From Candidatus Methanoperedenaceae archaeon (GTDB lineage: Archaea; Halobacteriota; Methanosarcinia; Methanosarcinales; Methanoperedenaceae): a stretch of 64,000 bases of DNA. Numbering within the stretch: position 1 is the first letter of the stretch; every line of letters begins with the position of its first letter. The stretch covers positions 1 through 64,000 of the forward strand of contig CAVWCX010000002.1 of the NCBI GenBank assembly GCA_963753595.1, given 5' to 3'. The translations under genes and the position numbers were made by a program. Below, piece after piece: positions 31,512 to 40,412 of the stretch. Below the pieces are notes generated by a model. That model was not told where the DNA came from. It worked only from the letters and a program-made list of their open reading frames with translations, and did not search any database.

Positions 31512-31544
31512 TAGCCCTCGTACTTAAGGCAGGGGGTATGTGAC
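31512..31544 (+). mobile_element. Isolated IS200/IS605-like end hairpin
   Basis: AGCCCTCGTACTTAAGGCAGGGGGTATGTGAC resembles the subterminal hairpin plus GTAGTTGAC-type tail of IS605-family ends; no tnpA/tnpB nearby. Confidence 0.4.
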
Positions 31545-31601
31545 TACTCTCATGAACTCTTAATCAATTGACCATATCTGCAAGCGCAAGAACATAAAAA
31601 T

Positions 31602-32894
31602 ATGAAAATAAACTCAATACAAATTGACAAGCTTTTTGAACTATTTGATTACAATATATCATTTAGCAATAATGAAAACTTGTTAATCGTAACAGGTCCA
31701 AATGGATTTGGAAAAACAACGATATTGAATATAATATTTAATTTATTTAATAGAAAATTTCTTTATTTCCAAAAACTCGAATTTGAAAAAATAACTATTT
31801 ATTTAGATAACGATATTTCCATTGTTATTTCCAAAAAGTCAGAAATGGTTAAACCGAATCTCAAATTTGCCTTTATTCAAAACAATAAAATGATTGGAAA
31901 ATTTGATTATTCTAACAAGCTAGAAAATGAAATTGCAAGAAACCTTCAAATGTATTTGCCACTTGCTAGATTAGATGACTCAAGATGGATAGATCATCGC
32001 ACAGATAGAGTTTTGACGATAGAGGATATCATCAACGAATATGCAGATCAATTACCTGAGAGAATAAGTAAAAATCTATTGAAGATTAAATCCAAACAAA
32101 TAAATGAAATTCTTGACTCAATAAAAGTTCATTTAATAAGAGAGCAAAGACTGTTTAAACAAGTTAAAAGTGTTGACAGAAATTATCGTGAGGAGAGAGA
32201 GCAAACCATAATGATTGAAACCATCGAGACTTACGCTAATGAACTGAAAGAATTGATTTTATATTACTCACAACAATCTGTTAAGATATCACAAGAACTT
32301 GATAGCAGTTATCCAAATCGTTTAATAAGACAAAAAGGAAAAGTTTCAAGGGACGAATATAATGATCGTTTCAATGAACTTAAAGAAAAACAGAAAAAAT
32401 TGAAAAATTTCGGTTTGTATGAAAGTAAACAAGAAGTTCTAGGATATAGTAAAGCTGATTCAAAAGCTCTTTTAGTATATTTAAATGATTTAGAAAATAA
32501 GTTAGGTGTGTTCGATGATCTTCTTGAAAAACTTGAATTATTTACAAATATTTTAAACGAAAGAAGATTTACATACAAGACTATTGAAGTGGACAGAGAG
32601 AAGGGATTTTATTTTAGGACTATTAACGGAAAGGAATTAGGATTAACGCAACTCTCGTCAGGAGAGCAACATGAAGTCGTTTTGCTTTATGAATTAATAT
32701 TTAAAGCAAGACAAAATACTCTCGTTTTAATTGACGAGCCTGAAATATCACTTCATATTACTTGGCAAAAAGAATTCCTCAATGATTTGTTGAAAATAAT
32801 TAAGATACAAAATATTCAAGTTTTGATTGCAACCCACTCGTCGCCAATTATAAATGGAATGTGGGACTTAGTTTATACTCTTCAAAAAAGTTGA
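31602..32894 (+). CDS. ABC/AAA_21-type ATPase, AriA-like (PARIS-like system)
   Basis: GPNGFGKT Walker A, coiled-coil insert, LSSGEQ signature, LIDEPE Walker B, ATHS; low GC. Confidence 0.82.
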   Translation: MKINSIQIDKLFELFDYNISFSNNENLLIVTGPNGFGKTTILNIIFNLFNRKFLYFQKLEFEKITIYLDNDISIVISKKSEMVKPNLKFAFIQNNKMIGKFDYSNKLENEIARNLQMYLPLARLDDSRWIDHRTDRVLTIEDIINEYADQLPERISKNLLKIKSKQINEILDSIKVHLIREQRLFKQVKSVDRNYREEREQTIMIETIETYANELKELILYYSQQSVKISQELDSSYPNRLIRQKGKVSRDEYNDRFNELKEKQKKLKNFGLYESKQEVLGYSKADSKALLVYLNDLENKLGVFDDLLEKLELFTNILNERRFTYKTIEVDREKGFYFRTINGKELGLTQLSSGEQHEVVLLYELIFKARQNTLVLIDEPEISLHITWQKEFLNDLLKIIKIQNIQVLIATHSSPIINGMWDLVYTLQKS

Positions 32895-32900
32895 TATTAA

Positions 32901-33740
32901 ATGAAAAAACAGGATATTACTTTTCAAGATAAACTAATTGAACTAAGACTTGATATTTCACATCCTAAGAGTATAGGGAAAGTTTTTATTCTCTTAGAAG
33001 GCGAAAGCGATATTAGACTTTTTAAAAAATTATTCAATTTAAGTAATTGCAAAGTTGAAAATATTCCTGGAGGTAAGGAAAAACTTGAAGAATGTGTTGG
33101 AATATTGGTCAATATTTACCCACTTATTATCGGAATTAGAGATGCTGATTTTATTCACTTGGAAGCAAAACCATATGAAAAAGCAAATGTTTTTTTAACA
33201 GATTTCCATGACATAGAAATGATACTTATTTCAGAGGGCGATGTATTCAGTTCATTAGTATTTGAATATACCAATTTGCCAAAAGATAAACATGATGAAA
33301 TAAGAAATAATATTATGCGCTCAATTGAACAAATAGGCTATTTAAAGTGGCTTAATGATAAAGAAAGTTTAGAATATAAATTTGAAGCAGGATTTCAAGA
33401 CTTAATATCATTCGCAAATCTTGAAATAGATTTCAATCAATATTTTGGCAGAGTTCTGTCTAAATCGCCAAATGCTAAAATTACCGATAAAAAAATTATT
33501 CTAGATAAAATGAGGGCTTTGAAAGCCACGAATCCTAACCCATTACAATTATGCAATGGACATGATTTCATGAAAGCATTTTCAGAATATATAAAACAAA
33601 ATTATACTGTGAAAAATGTCACTTGCGAACATGTTGTAAGTTGCTCTAGAATGACTTTTACATTTAATCATTACAGTCGGACAAGGTTGCACCTTAATAC
33701 TAAAAGGTGGGCAGACAATATCAAATGTGTCCTATATTAA
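32901..33740 (+). CDS. DUF4435/TOPRIM-like nuclease, AriB-like (PARIS-like system)
   Basis: LLEGESD, GGKEK, IGIRDADF (DxD), TDFHDIE and NGHD motifs; starts 6 bp after the ATPase. Confidence 0.78.
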   Translation: MKKQDITFQDKLIELRLDISHPKSIGKVFILLEGESDIRLFKKLFNLSNCKVENIPGGKEKLEECVGILVNIYPLIIGIRDADFIHLEAKPYEKANVFLTDFHDIEMILISEGDVFSSLVFEYTNLPKDKHDEIRNNIMRSIEQIGYLKWLNDKESLEYKFEAGFQDLISFANLEIDFNQYFGRVLSKSPNAKITDKKIILDKMRALKATNPNPLQLCNGHDFMKAFSEYIKQNYTVKNVTCEHVVSCSRMTFTFNHYSRTRLHLNTKRWADNIKCVLY

Positions 33741-33898
33741 GTGTTGAATTTTTTAAGTTTGAATCTAAGCAAGCTTACCGTTTCACTTTTGGTTTTATTC
33801 TATATTAGCCAAGACGTGCTCCCGAGCCAGATTGCTCACACCCGTATAATTTATCAAGAGTGATGTTTTTCCGAGATACCTATTACCCTAGAAATTGA

Positions 33899-33983
33899 TG
33901 CGGAGGATGGGATTCGAACCCATGAACTCCTGCGAGACAGGACCCTAAATCCTGCGCCTTTGACCTGGCTGGGCGACCTCCGC
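33899..33983 (-). tRNA. tRNA-Leu (anticodon TAG)
   Basis: Minus strand GCGGAGG...CCTCCGC-A acceptor stem, anticodon arm CAGGA-TTTAGGG-TCCTG, long variable arm, GGTTCGAATCC T-loop. Confidence 0.96.
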
Positions 33984-34163
33984 ACGAGCCTTCAGATGAT
34001 TCTTATTAGATAAAGCTTTGATGTCTGGAATAATCAGGGAAAAATAATCCTTAACTTAGCCCAATTTAGGGAATATATAATATACATTGTGCCGTTGCAA
34101 GTCGAAATCATGGATTTTTAATATTACGTAAATATGTATTAGTAGGTTTTTTTTTCAAGAACT

Positions 34164-34361
34164 CACCGCAAAGTACGCAAAGAGCGCAAAGATTAGAATA
34201 ATCGTTCTTTGCGTACTTTGCGCCCTGGTATGAAAAAACAACGAACTAATACGAACTGAAACGAACTCAAGCTACCAGAGTTCGTTCGTGTTCGTTTATG
34301 TTCGTTGTTTTTTTTCATTTTTATTTATGAATCGGGAGGATTCATGGCCGACTTTGCGGTG
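34164..34361. repeat. Nested palindromic elements: ACGAAC-type element (34230-34318) inside a CGCAAAG-type element
   Basis: CACCGCAAAG TACGCAAAG AGCGCAAAG ... CTTTGCGTA CTTTGCGCC [ACGAAC x3 ... GTTCGT x3] CTTTGCGGTG. Confidence 0.85.
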
Positions 34362-34485
34362 TTTAAATGTCGATAAAATGTCACAAGAAACTATAATATA
34401 GTTATTAGTTTTTATAATGCATTATTTTATTTTGATATTAGGTAAAACATGCAAAGTTACGGATAATCTAAAATTGAAAGGATCG

Positions 34486-34544
34486 GTGCGTTGGCAGGTA
34501 ACCAACCCTGAATGTAATCCCCACTCCCCAACCTGCCGAAGCAC
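34486..34544 (+). ncRNA. Candidate hairpin sRNA with C-rich loop (same architecture as the 4.8-5.0 kb pair)
   Basis: Stem GTGC-G-TTGGCAGGT/ACCTGCCGA-A-GCAC; loop contains TAATCCCCACTCCCC. Confidence 0.45.
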
Positions 34545-34688
34545 AACAGGTAAAGTATATAGTAGCACCAAGAAATAGTCTATTATCATTGGAGTACTAC
34601 CCCAACACTAACACTTTTTTTGATACCTGAAAACTGAAACAAGGAAGTAATTATGATTAAATAAGGATCGTAACTATAAAGTTCAAAA

Positions 34689-35126
34689 ATGAAAGGAATA
34701 TACGCTCTTATTCTCAGGTTGAATAACGACATCGACCTTACCATAGGAAGACTCGGGAAGTTCCATTTTAAGACCGGTTATTACTATTACATAGGTTCAG
34801 CGCTTGGTATGGGCGGATTCAAGCGCGTAACAAGGCATTTCAATGTGGCTTTGGGAAAAAACAAAACGAGGAAATGGCATATAGATCATCTTCTTCCCCA
34901 TTCAGAGGTTATATGCGCCGTACTGTTGCCGACATGTGAAGCTCTTGAATGCAAAGCGGCAAAAACCCTTATGGAATTTTCACAATTCATCCCGGGATTC
35001 GGGTGCAGTGATTGTACGTGCAGATCACATCTTTTTTTCCATGAACTGGATATCAAGAACGATATAATAAGTATCGCCAATAAGCTGACAGGAAACGAAA
35101 GTATCATTATTTATCCCGGCATGTAG
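34689..35126 (+). CDS. GIY-YIG nuclease family protein (DUF123)
   Basis: KGIYAL, YYYIGSA, WHIDHL, GFGCSDCTCRSHL. Confidence 0.88.
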   Translation: MKGIYALILRLNNDIDLTIGRLGKFHFKTGYYYYIGSALGMGGFKRVTRHFNVALGKNKTRKWHIDHLLPHSEVICAVLLPTCEALECKAAKTLMEFSQFIPGFGCSDCTCRSHLFFHELDIKNDIISIANKLTGNESIIIYPGM

Positions 35127-35132
35127 GATTAC

Positions 35133-36143
35133 ATGGACATCGGAATAATCGGAGGCTCCGGATATACAGGCGGGGAATTGATGCGTTTACTTTCCCATCA
35201 CCCTGAAGCAAGGATCAAAGCAGTTACTTCACGCAATAAAAAAGGACAAAATATCAGCGATACTCATGCCCATCTTCGAAAAATTATTGACCTTGAATTT
35301 GAAGACCTGACTCCCCGGGAAGTTGCTTCACGCTGTGACATTGTGTTCACAGCCGTACCACATGGCACCGCTATGCAGGTAGTGCCTGCACTTATTGAGG
35401 CAGGTACCAGAATAGTAGACTTGAGTGCGGATTATCGTCTCAAAACAGATGTTTTTGAAAAAACCTATAAAATGAAACATACAGACCCGCGCGAAGCGGT
35501 ATATGGCATTCCTGAACTTCATCATGAGATCCCAACACAGCAATTTATTGCAAACCCTGGCTGCTACCCAACAGGCGCTTCGCTTGCGGCCGCACCTCTT
35601 GCCAGTGCAGGATTGATCGAGCGCGTAGTGTTTGATTCAAAAAGCGGGATATCAGGCGCCGGAGTTGAACCAAGTGCAGTTTCCCATTATCCCAACATGG
35701 CCGAGAATATCCAGGCATATAAGCTCACAACACACCGCCACCGCGCTGAAATAGTGCAGGAACTCACACGGCTTGATGGCAGCCTGAAAAGCATCAGCTT
35801 TACGCCGCATGTTATTCCTTCGGTGCGGGGGATTCTCACAACTGCGCATATATTCGTGAAGAAACAATTAAGCGAAGAAGATGTCAGCGCGATATACAGT
35901 GATTTTTACAAGGATAAACCATTCATAAGGCTGATAAAAGGCATACCCATGCTGGGAAATGTACGCGGTTCCAATTTCTGCGACATAGGTTTTGAAGTAG
36001 ATAAGGGAAGCGACAGGATAGTTGTGATATCGGCAATTGACAACCTGGTAAAAGGAGCATCAGGCCAGGCAATCCAGAACATGAACCTGATGTTTGGCCT
36101 TCCTGAGACAACAGGTCTCTGGTCGCCAGGTTTTGCTCCGTGA
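35133..36143 (+). CDS. argC: N-acetyl-gamma-glutamyl-phosphate reductase
   Basis: GGSGYTGGEL, DLSADYR, ANPGCYPT, IDNLVKGASGQA. Confidence 0.97.
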   Translation: MDIGIIGGSGYTGGELMRLLSHHPEARIKAVTSRNKKGQNISDTHAHLRKIIDLEFEDLTPREVASRCDIVFTAVPHGTAMQVVPALIEAGTRIVDLSADYRLKTDVFEKTYKMKHTDPREAVYGIPELHHEIPTQQFIANPGCYPTGASLAAAPLASAGLIERVVFDSKSGISGAGVEPSAVSHYPNMAENIQAYKLTTHRHRAEIVQELTRLDGSLKSISFTPHVIPSVRGILTTAHIFVKKQLSEEDVSAIYSDFYKDKPFIRLIKGIPMLGNVRGSNFCDIGFEVDKGSDRIVVISAIDNLVKGASGQAIQNMNLMFGLPETTGLWSPGFAP

Positions 36144-36152
36144 GGTATTATT

Positions 36153-36626
36153 ATGAAAATAAAAGATGTTATGAATAAAGACGTTATTACCTGTTCGCCC
36201 GGTGACTCATTAGGCCATCTGGCAAACCTGTTCAAAGAGAAACATATCAGCGGGTTGCCCGTGGTCGATAACGGAAAAGTTGTAGGACTTGTTTCCGAAA
36301 CCGACCTTTTAAAGTTATTCAGGATGCCGGAATTTTCAAATGAATTGTGGCTTCCAAGCCCGTTTGAAATAATTGAGATACCCATAAGGAATCTTGTCAG
36401 GATCGAAGAGACAAAGTATGCCCTTGAAAACCTTAAACTTCGACCTGTTGGGGATATTATGACAAAGGACATTCATGTAATTTCCCCGGAGGACGACCTG
36501 GAAGATGCGTCAGGCATTATGGTAAAATATAAGGTTAACCGGCTGCCGGTCATCGACAATGGTAAGCTTGTCGGAATAGTTGCCCGAAGTGACATATTGA
36601 GGGGCCTGTCAGGATCGGGGCAATGA
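36153..36626 (+). CDS. CBS domain pair protein
   Basis: Two CBS repeats (ISGLPVVD, VNRLPVID). Confidence 0.9.
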   Translation: MKIKDVMNKDVITCSPGDSLGHLANLFKEKHISGLPVVDNGKVVGLVSETDLLKLFRMPEFSNELWLPSPFEIIEIPIRNLVRIEETKYALENLKLRPVGDIMTKDIHVISPEDDLEDASGIMVKYKVNRLPVIDNGKLVGIVARSDILRGLSGSGQ

Positions 36627-37804
36627 CAATGAAAACCATCAATGGCGGCATTTGTGCCGTAAAAGGCATTAGAGCTAATGGGATCAAGCAGGGAAAGAAC
36701 GGGCTTGCGATCATGGTTGCAGATGCCCGGGAACTTGAGACTGCCGGCGTTTTTACGAGAAATAAAGTGATAGCGGCACCGCTTATTGTTACAAAAGCCT
36801 ATCTTGAAAAGGGGAATTTAAAAGCTATAATTGCCAATAGCGGATGTGCAAACGCATTTACGGGTGAAAAAGGCCTGGACGATGCGAAATGGATGGCCGA
36901 GATACTTGCAAAAAGAATGAATTGCTTTCCTTATGATATAGGAGTAGCCTCAACCGGGGTGATCGGGCGAAATCTTGACAGGACATGGATCGGAGGGCAT
37001 CTTGATGAGGTTTTTGACCAGCTTTCCGATTCGGAAGGATCAGCCAGAGCTGCCGCAAGAGCCATCATGACAACTGATCTTTCTATGAAAGAGATAGCCA
37101 TAGAGCTTGATAATGGTGTTCACATCGCAGGTATCGCGAAAGGTTCAGGGATGATCGAGCCGAATATGGGTACTATGCTTGCTTTTATTTTTACGGATGC
37201 CGCTTTTTCAAAAGTTACTCTTGATGCCTGCCTGAGAAAGGCAGTTGATAAGAGTTTTAACATGCTGGTTGTTGATGGTGATACAAGCACAAATGACATG
37301 GCGTTGTTGACCGCAACAGGATATCATGAATGCGAAGAAGCTGTTTTCCAGGAAGGGCTTGACCATGTATGCATAAGTCTTGCAAAAATGATAGCAAAAG
37401 ATGGCGAGGGAGCAAGCAGGCTGATCGAGGTAAGAGTTACAGGAGCAAAGAGCGCGAAAGATGCAAGAAAAGCCGCAAAGGCAATAGTGCGCTCACCGCT
37501 TGTAAAAACCGCGATATTCGGTAAAGACCCGAACTGGGGAAGGGTAGTCGCAGCCGCCGGCTATTCAGGCGCTGATATTGAACAGGATAAGATATCGCTT
37601 AAGTTCTCTGATACTAAAAATGAGGTTTTGCTTGTTGATTCAGGAAAGATCGTAGAAGGTAAGCTCGATGAGCTAAAGGCAATTATGGAAAGCAAAGAGA
37701 TAATAATCGAAGTGGATATTGGTATTGGAAATTTCGGGGCGATCGCCTGGGGCTGCGACCTGACGTATGATTATGTAAAGATCAATGCGATGTATACAAC
37801 GTGA
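36623..37804 (+). CDS. argJ: Ornithine acetyltransferase / N-acetylglutamate synthase
   Basis: NSGCANA, AIMTTD, KGSGMIEPNMGTML, DGDTSTND, DPNWGR. Confidence 0.97.
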   Translation: MTMKTINGGICAVKGIRANGIKQGKNGLAIMVADARELETAGVFTRNKVIAAPLIVTKAYLEKGNLKAIIANSGCANAFTGEKGLDDAKWMAEILAKRMNCFPYDIGVASTGVIGRNLDRTWIGGHLDEVFDQLSDSEGSARAAARAIMTTDLSMKEIAIELDNGVHIAGIAKGSGMIEPNMGTMLAFIFTDAAFSKVTLDACLRKAVDKSFNMLVVDGDTSTNDMALLTATGYHECEEAVFQEGLDHVCISLAKMIAKDGEGASRLIEVRVTGAKSAKDARKAAKAIVRSPLVKTAIFGKDPNWGRVVAAAGYSGADIEQDKISLKFSDTKNEVLLVDSGKIVEGKLDELKAIMESKEIIIEVDIGIGNFGAIAWGCDLTYDYVKINAMYTT

Positions 37805-37872
37805 TGAAATCTGAAATCCCGATGTTAAAAATCGTGAAGCTCATAGAGAAATTTATTGTAACTATAATTATC

Positions 37873-38289
37873 TTAAGAATTCAACAAGAAGTAAAGATTG
37901 TTAAAATTAATAAACAAATACATATATATCATTCCTAACATTGCGCCTTTTGCGATCCTTCGGTTGGAGGCAGGAATCCGGTGCATTACTGACATTATGA
38001 GAAAGACCATTGTTAATTTGAACGGGACGAACCATTCTTTGTTATACAGGGGATTCAGTTCTTTGTTTTGCGGATTTTGAAGCGCGAAATATGTGATCGT
38101 CAGGTCAGATATTTGCAGTATTGTGAATAATATTCCAAATAATATTATAAAACGTATATATCCGGAATTACCACTGATCAAAGATTTAAATCTATAAAGA
38201 AAATTATACTTTATCTTTTTATCTTGAATTTCACGATTTCCCAGGTAATCTTTTGAGTCGGTCATCTCATACACACCAATTTCAAACAA
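37873..38289 (-). CDS. Membrane protein, DUF5658-like
   Basis: LQISDLTITYFAL...ELNPL motif with three TM segments. Confidence 0.6.
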   Translation of the reverse strand: MFEIGVYEMTDSKDYLGNREIQDKKIKYNFLYRFKSLISGNSGYIRFIILFGILFTILQISDLTITYFALQNPQNKELNPLYNKEWFVPFKLTMVFLIMSVMHRIPASNRRIAKGAMLGMIYMYLFINFNNLYFLLNS

Positions 38290-38622
38290 GACCTTTATCT
38301 ATTTAAATATATCTAATTCATAATATAGTTATAATTGTTATTATCATGAAATGCTTTTTTTTTACAATGATATTCAAGTTATTTTTTCATTTGAAGTTAA
38401 TATCTTTATAAATCAACGCTATCGGAGGTCATTGAAGTGTCCGTCAACGGCACTGGCGATCTCGTCAGGCGCCATATACTTTGCGCGAAGTTTTGCCGGT
38501 GATGTCAGGAAGCAGGCGATTGAAAAGATCGATATTAGCCGGCGGATGGATGATTTTGTTTGAAAGTTTTAGGGTTAAGAGGAGGGAGTTTAATGTGAAG
38601 GATACCAACATTTCAAATAAAA

Positions 38623-39045
38623 TTATATTAAATCTTTACATATATTATATATTCTTCTTGCTGAGTTACTCAATTCCAGTGCAGAATCTTCACTATACAC
38701 ACTTCCATAGTCCGCCCCTTCCCGGATTTTCATCGCATAGCTAAAATCCTGCAAAAGCCGGTTATCTAGAGCGCCGGCATCAACAAAGAGAGATTCAATT
38801 GCGTATTTTATGCAGGTATGGCTTTTTTCTCTAAATCCTTTGCTGAAAATAAGAGCTCTAAATGAATGGAACATAGAATAATATGCCTGGATTATCGCCC
38901 ATTTGAAATTCCTCTCCTGTATGGACATTTCACATGAATCAAGATCATTTTTTGCTTCATTGATCTCTTTTGATATAATGTCAGGTGCAATTTCTATCTT
39001 TACTATTTTCCCTTTTTCGAGACACTGTTCAAATTGATATCTCAT
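38623..39045 (-). CDS. HEPN domain protein
   Basis: AYYSMFH, KSH and REGADY motifs. Confidence 0.85.
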   Translation of the reverse strand: MRYQFEQCLEKGKIVKIEIAPDIISKEINEAKNDLDSCEMSIQERNFKWAIIQAYYSMFHSFRALIFSKGFREKSHTCIKYAIESLFVDAGALDNRLLQDFSYAMKIREGADYGSVYSEDSALELSNSARRIYNICKDLI

Positions 39046-39584
39046 TATGCTTCATGGATTACTTTTCCCATGTTAATTCTTTCGTAAAGTGGTCTATCCT
39101 TTGCCTCAAGGTTCCTGAATTCAGAGGAGTCAAGAATGATGGGAGATATCTTGCGGGGGATCTTCTCCTGATAACTATCATGAAGCTCTGCAACAATTCT
39201 TTTATTATCGGATTCAATGAAAATATCGATATCGCTATCTATTGTATCCTCTCCTGCAGCACAACTTCCAAACATGATGACCCTGGAAGAGACTTCCTTT
39301 AAGTGCAGGATGAACGGATCTATTTCCAGAAGGGTGAGAAGTATCTTGAACTCCCTGAGCAGGAAATTTTGCATGTTCGCCCTGTATATTACCAGCCTGC
39401 CCCGTTGCTCTTTTGAAACGAGTCCAGCTTCTTCGAGTGTTCTCAGGCTCTGGCTCGCTGACCCCAGACTGATACTGAGATTCCTTGAAATTTCACGGAC
39501 ATAGTAACCATCCCGATATCTTCTGCCGAGGTAGCGAATAATCTGAATTGAGGGCATTGAAAATACGTTCATTATTTTGAACAT
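39045..39584 (-). CDS. wHTH-MNT fusion antitoxin
   Basis: N-terminal HTH YVREISRNLSISLGSASQSL; MFGSCAAG..SDIDI; start moved to ATG 39584. Confidence 0.85.
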   Translation of the reverse strand: MFKIMNVFSMPSIQIIRYLGRRYRDGYYVREISRNLSISLGSASQSLRTLEEAGLVSKEQRGRLVIYRANMQNFLLREFKILLTLLEIDPFILHLKEVSSRVIMFGSCAAGEDTIDSDIDIFIESDNKRIVAELHDSYQEKIPRKISPIILDSSEFRNLEAKDRPLYERINMGKVIHEA

Positions 39585-39602
39585 ATGTTCATTTATATGA
39601 AC
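39567..39602. promoter_or_regulatory. Two GTTCA-N6-TGAAC palindromes at the wHTH-MNT start (putative autoregulatory operator)
   Basis: GTTCATTATTTTGAAC at 39567-39582 and GTTCATTTATATGAAC at 39587-39602, just downstream of minus-strand TTAAATA. Confidence 0.55.
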
Positions 39603-39720
39603 GATTGTATTTAAGATTTGCGGGTGTTTCTGAGGTTTTGGTGGATTTTTTCCTGCACTTCTTACAGTGCCTAGATACTTGAAAAACCCTTTCGACCCGT
39701 AAACCTTAAATATTCCAAAA

Positions 39721-39747
39721 AACAATGTTCACTAAATGAACAGTGTT
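39721..39747. promoter_or_regulatory. Putative TetR operator
   Basis: AACAATGTTCA-CTAAA-TGAACAGTGTT (one mismatch) between the TATA box and the tetR start. Confidence 0.65.
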
Positions 39748-39752
39748 TAGTT

Positions 39753-40412
39753 ATGGGCATACAAGAAAGAAAAGAACAAGAGAAATCAGAAATGAGAGGG
39801 CTGATCCTAAAAACAGCCATGAATTTATTCCTCGATAAAGGGTTCGAGAACATTACGATACGCCATATCGCAGAAAAGATCGAATACAGTCCTGCGACTA
39901 TTTATTTATACTTCAAGAATAAAGATGAAATTCTCTATACCCTGCGAAAAGTTGGATTTGAAAAGTTATATGAACATCAGAAAACTTCACTCAAACTCAA
40001 TGATCCTGTTAAGCGCCTGGTCAGGCATGGAGAGGCATATATTCAATTTGCGCTTGAGAATCCCGAATATTATGATTTGATGTTCATGATGAGAGGGCCT
40101 GTAGAGATACAGGATATAAATGATTGTGATATCGGCCTTAAGTCTTATGAATTGCTTAAGAAAAATGTGAAAGAATGTCAGGAAACGGGACTATTTCCCG
40201 GGAAAAACATTGATATAGCAGCATTCTCATTGTGGTCTTATGTGCATGGTATCGCATCATTAATAATCCGGGGCAGGGGCATTATGTTCCCTGAAGAACA
40301 AATAAATCATATGATTGAGGGGGCTCTTAATTTTTTGCTCGAAGGTATTCAAAATAAAAAGCGGGATCCAGATCATAGATCAATGAAATTAAAAAAGGAG
40401 TTGGATGTATGA
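39753..40412 (+). CDS. TetR/AcrR-family regulator (WHG-type C-terminus)
   Basis: TIRHIAEKIEYSPATIYLYFKNKDEI; WSYVHG. Confidence 0.92.
   Translation: MGIQERKEQEKSEMRGLILKTAMNLFLDKGFENITIRHIAEKIEYSPATIYLYFKNKDEILYTLRKVGFEKLYEHQKTSLKLNDPVKRLVRHGEAYIQFALENPEYYDLMFMMRGPVEIQDINDCDIGLKSYELLKKNVKECQETGLFPGKNIDIAAFSLWSYVHGIASLIIRGRGIMFPEEQINHMIEGALNFLLEGIQNKKRDPDHRSMKLKKELDV

Larger units (their letters stand above)
31020..33888. mobile_element. Probable decayed casposon inserted at the tRNA-Leu 3' end
   Basis: Casposase remnant, AT-rich cargo, and a GGG-initiated TIR-like end immediately after a 14-bp segment overlapping the tRNA 3' end; the other end and polB were not found. Confidence 0.55.

Noticed and set aside
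30984-31600. CRISPR-Cas locus suggested by the Cas1-like fragment and nearby short repeats
   Set aside because: No repeat-spacer array and no other cas genes; the repeats are 10-11 bp with no spacers, and the fragment fits the C-terminal extension of solo Cas1/casposase.
38351-38744. Plus-strand ORFs 38351-38563 and 38481-38744
   Set aside because: No recognisable motifs; they overlap each other and the HEPN gene. A small gene fragment cannot be excluded but is unsupported.
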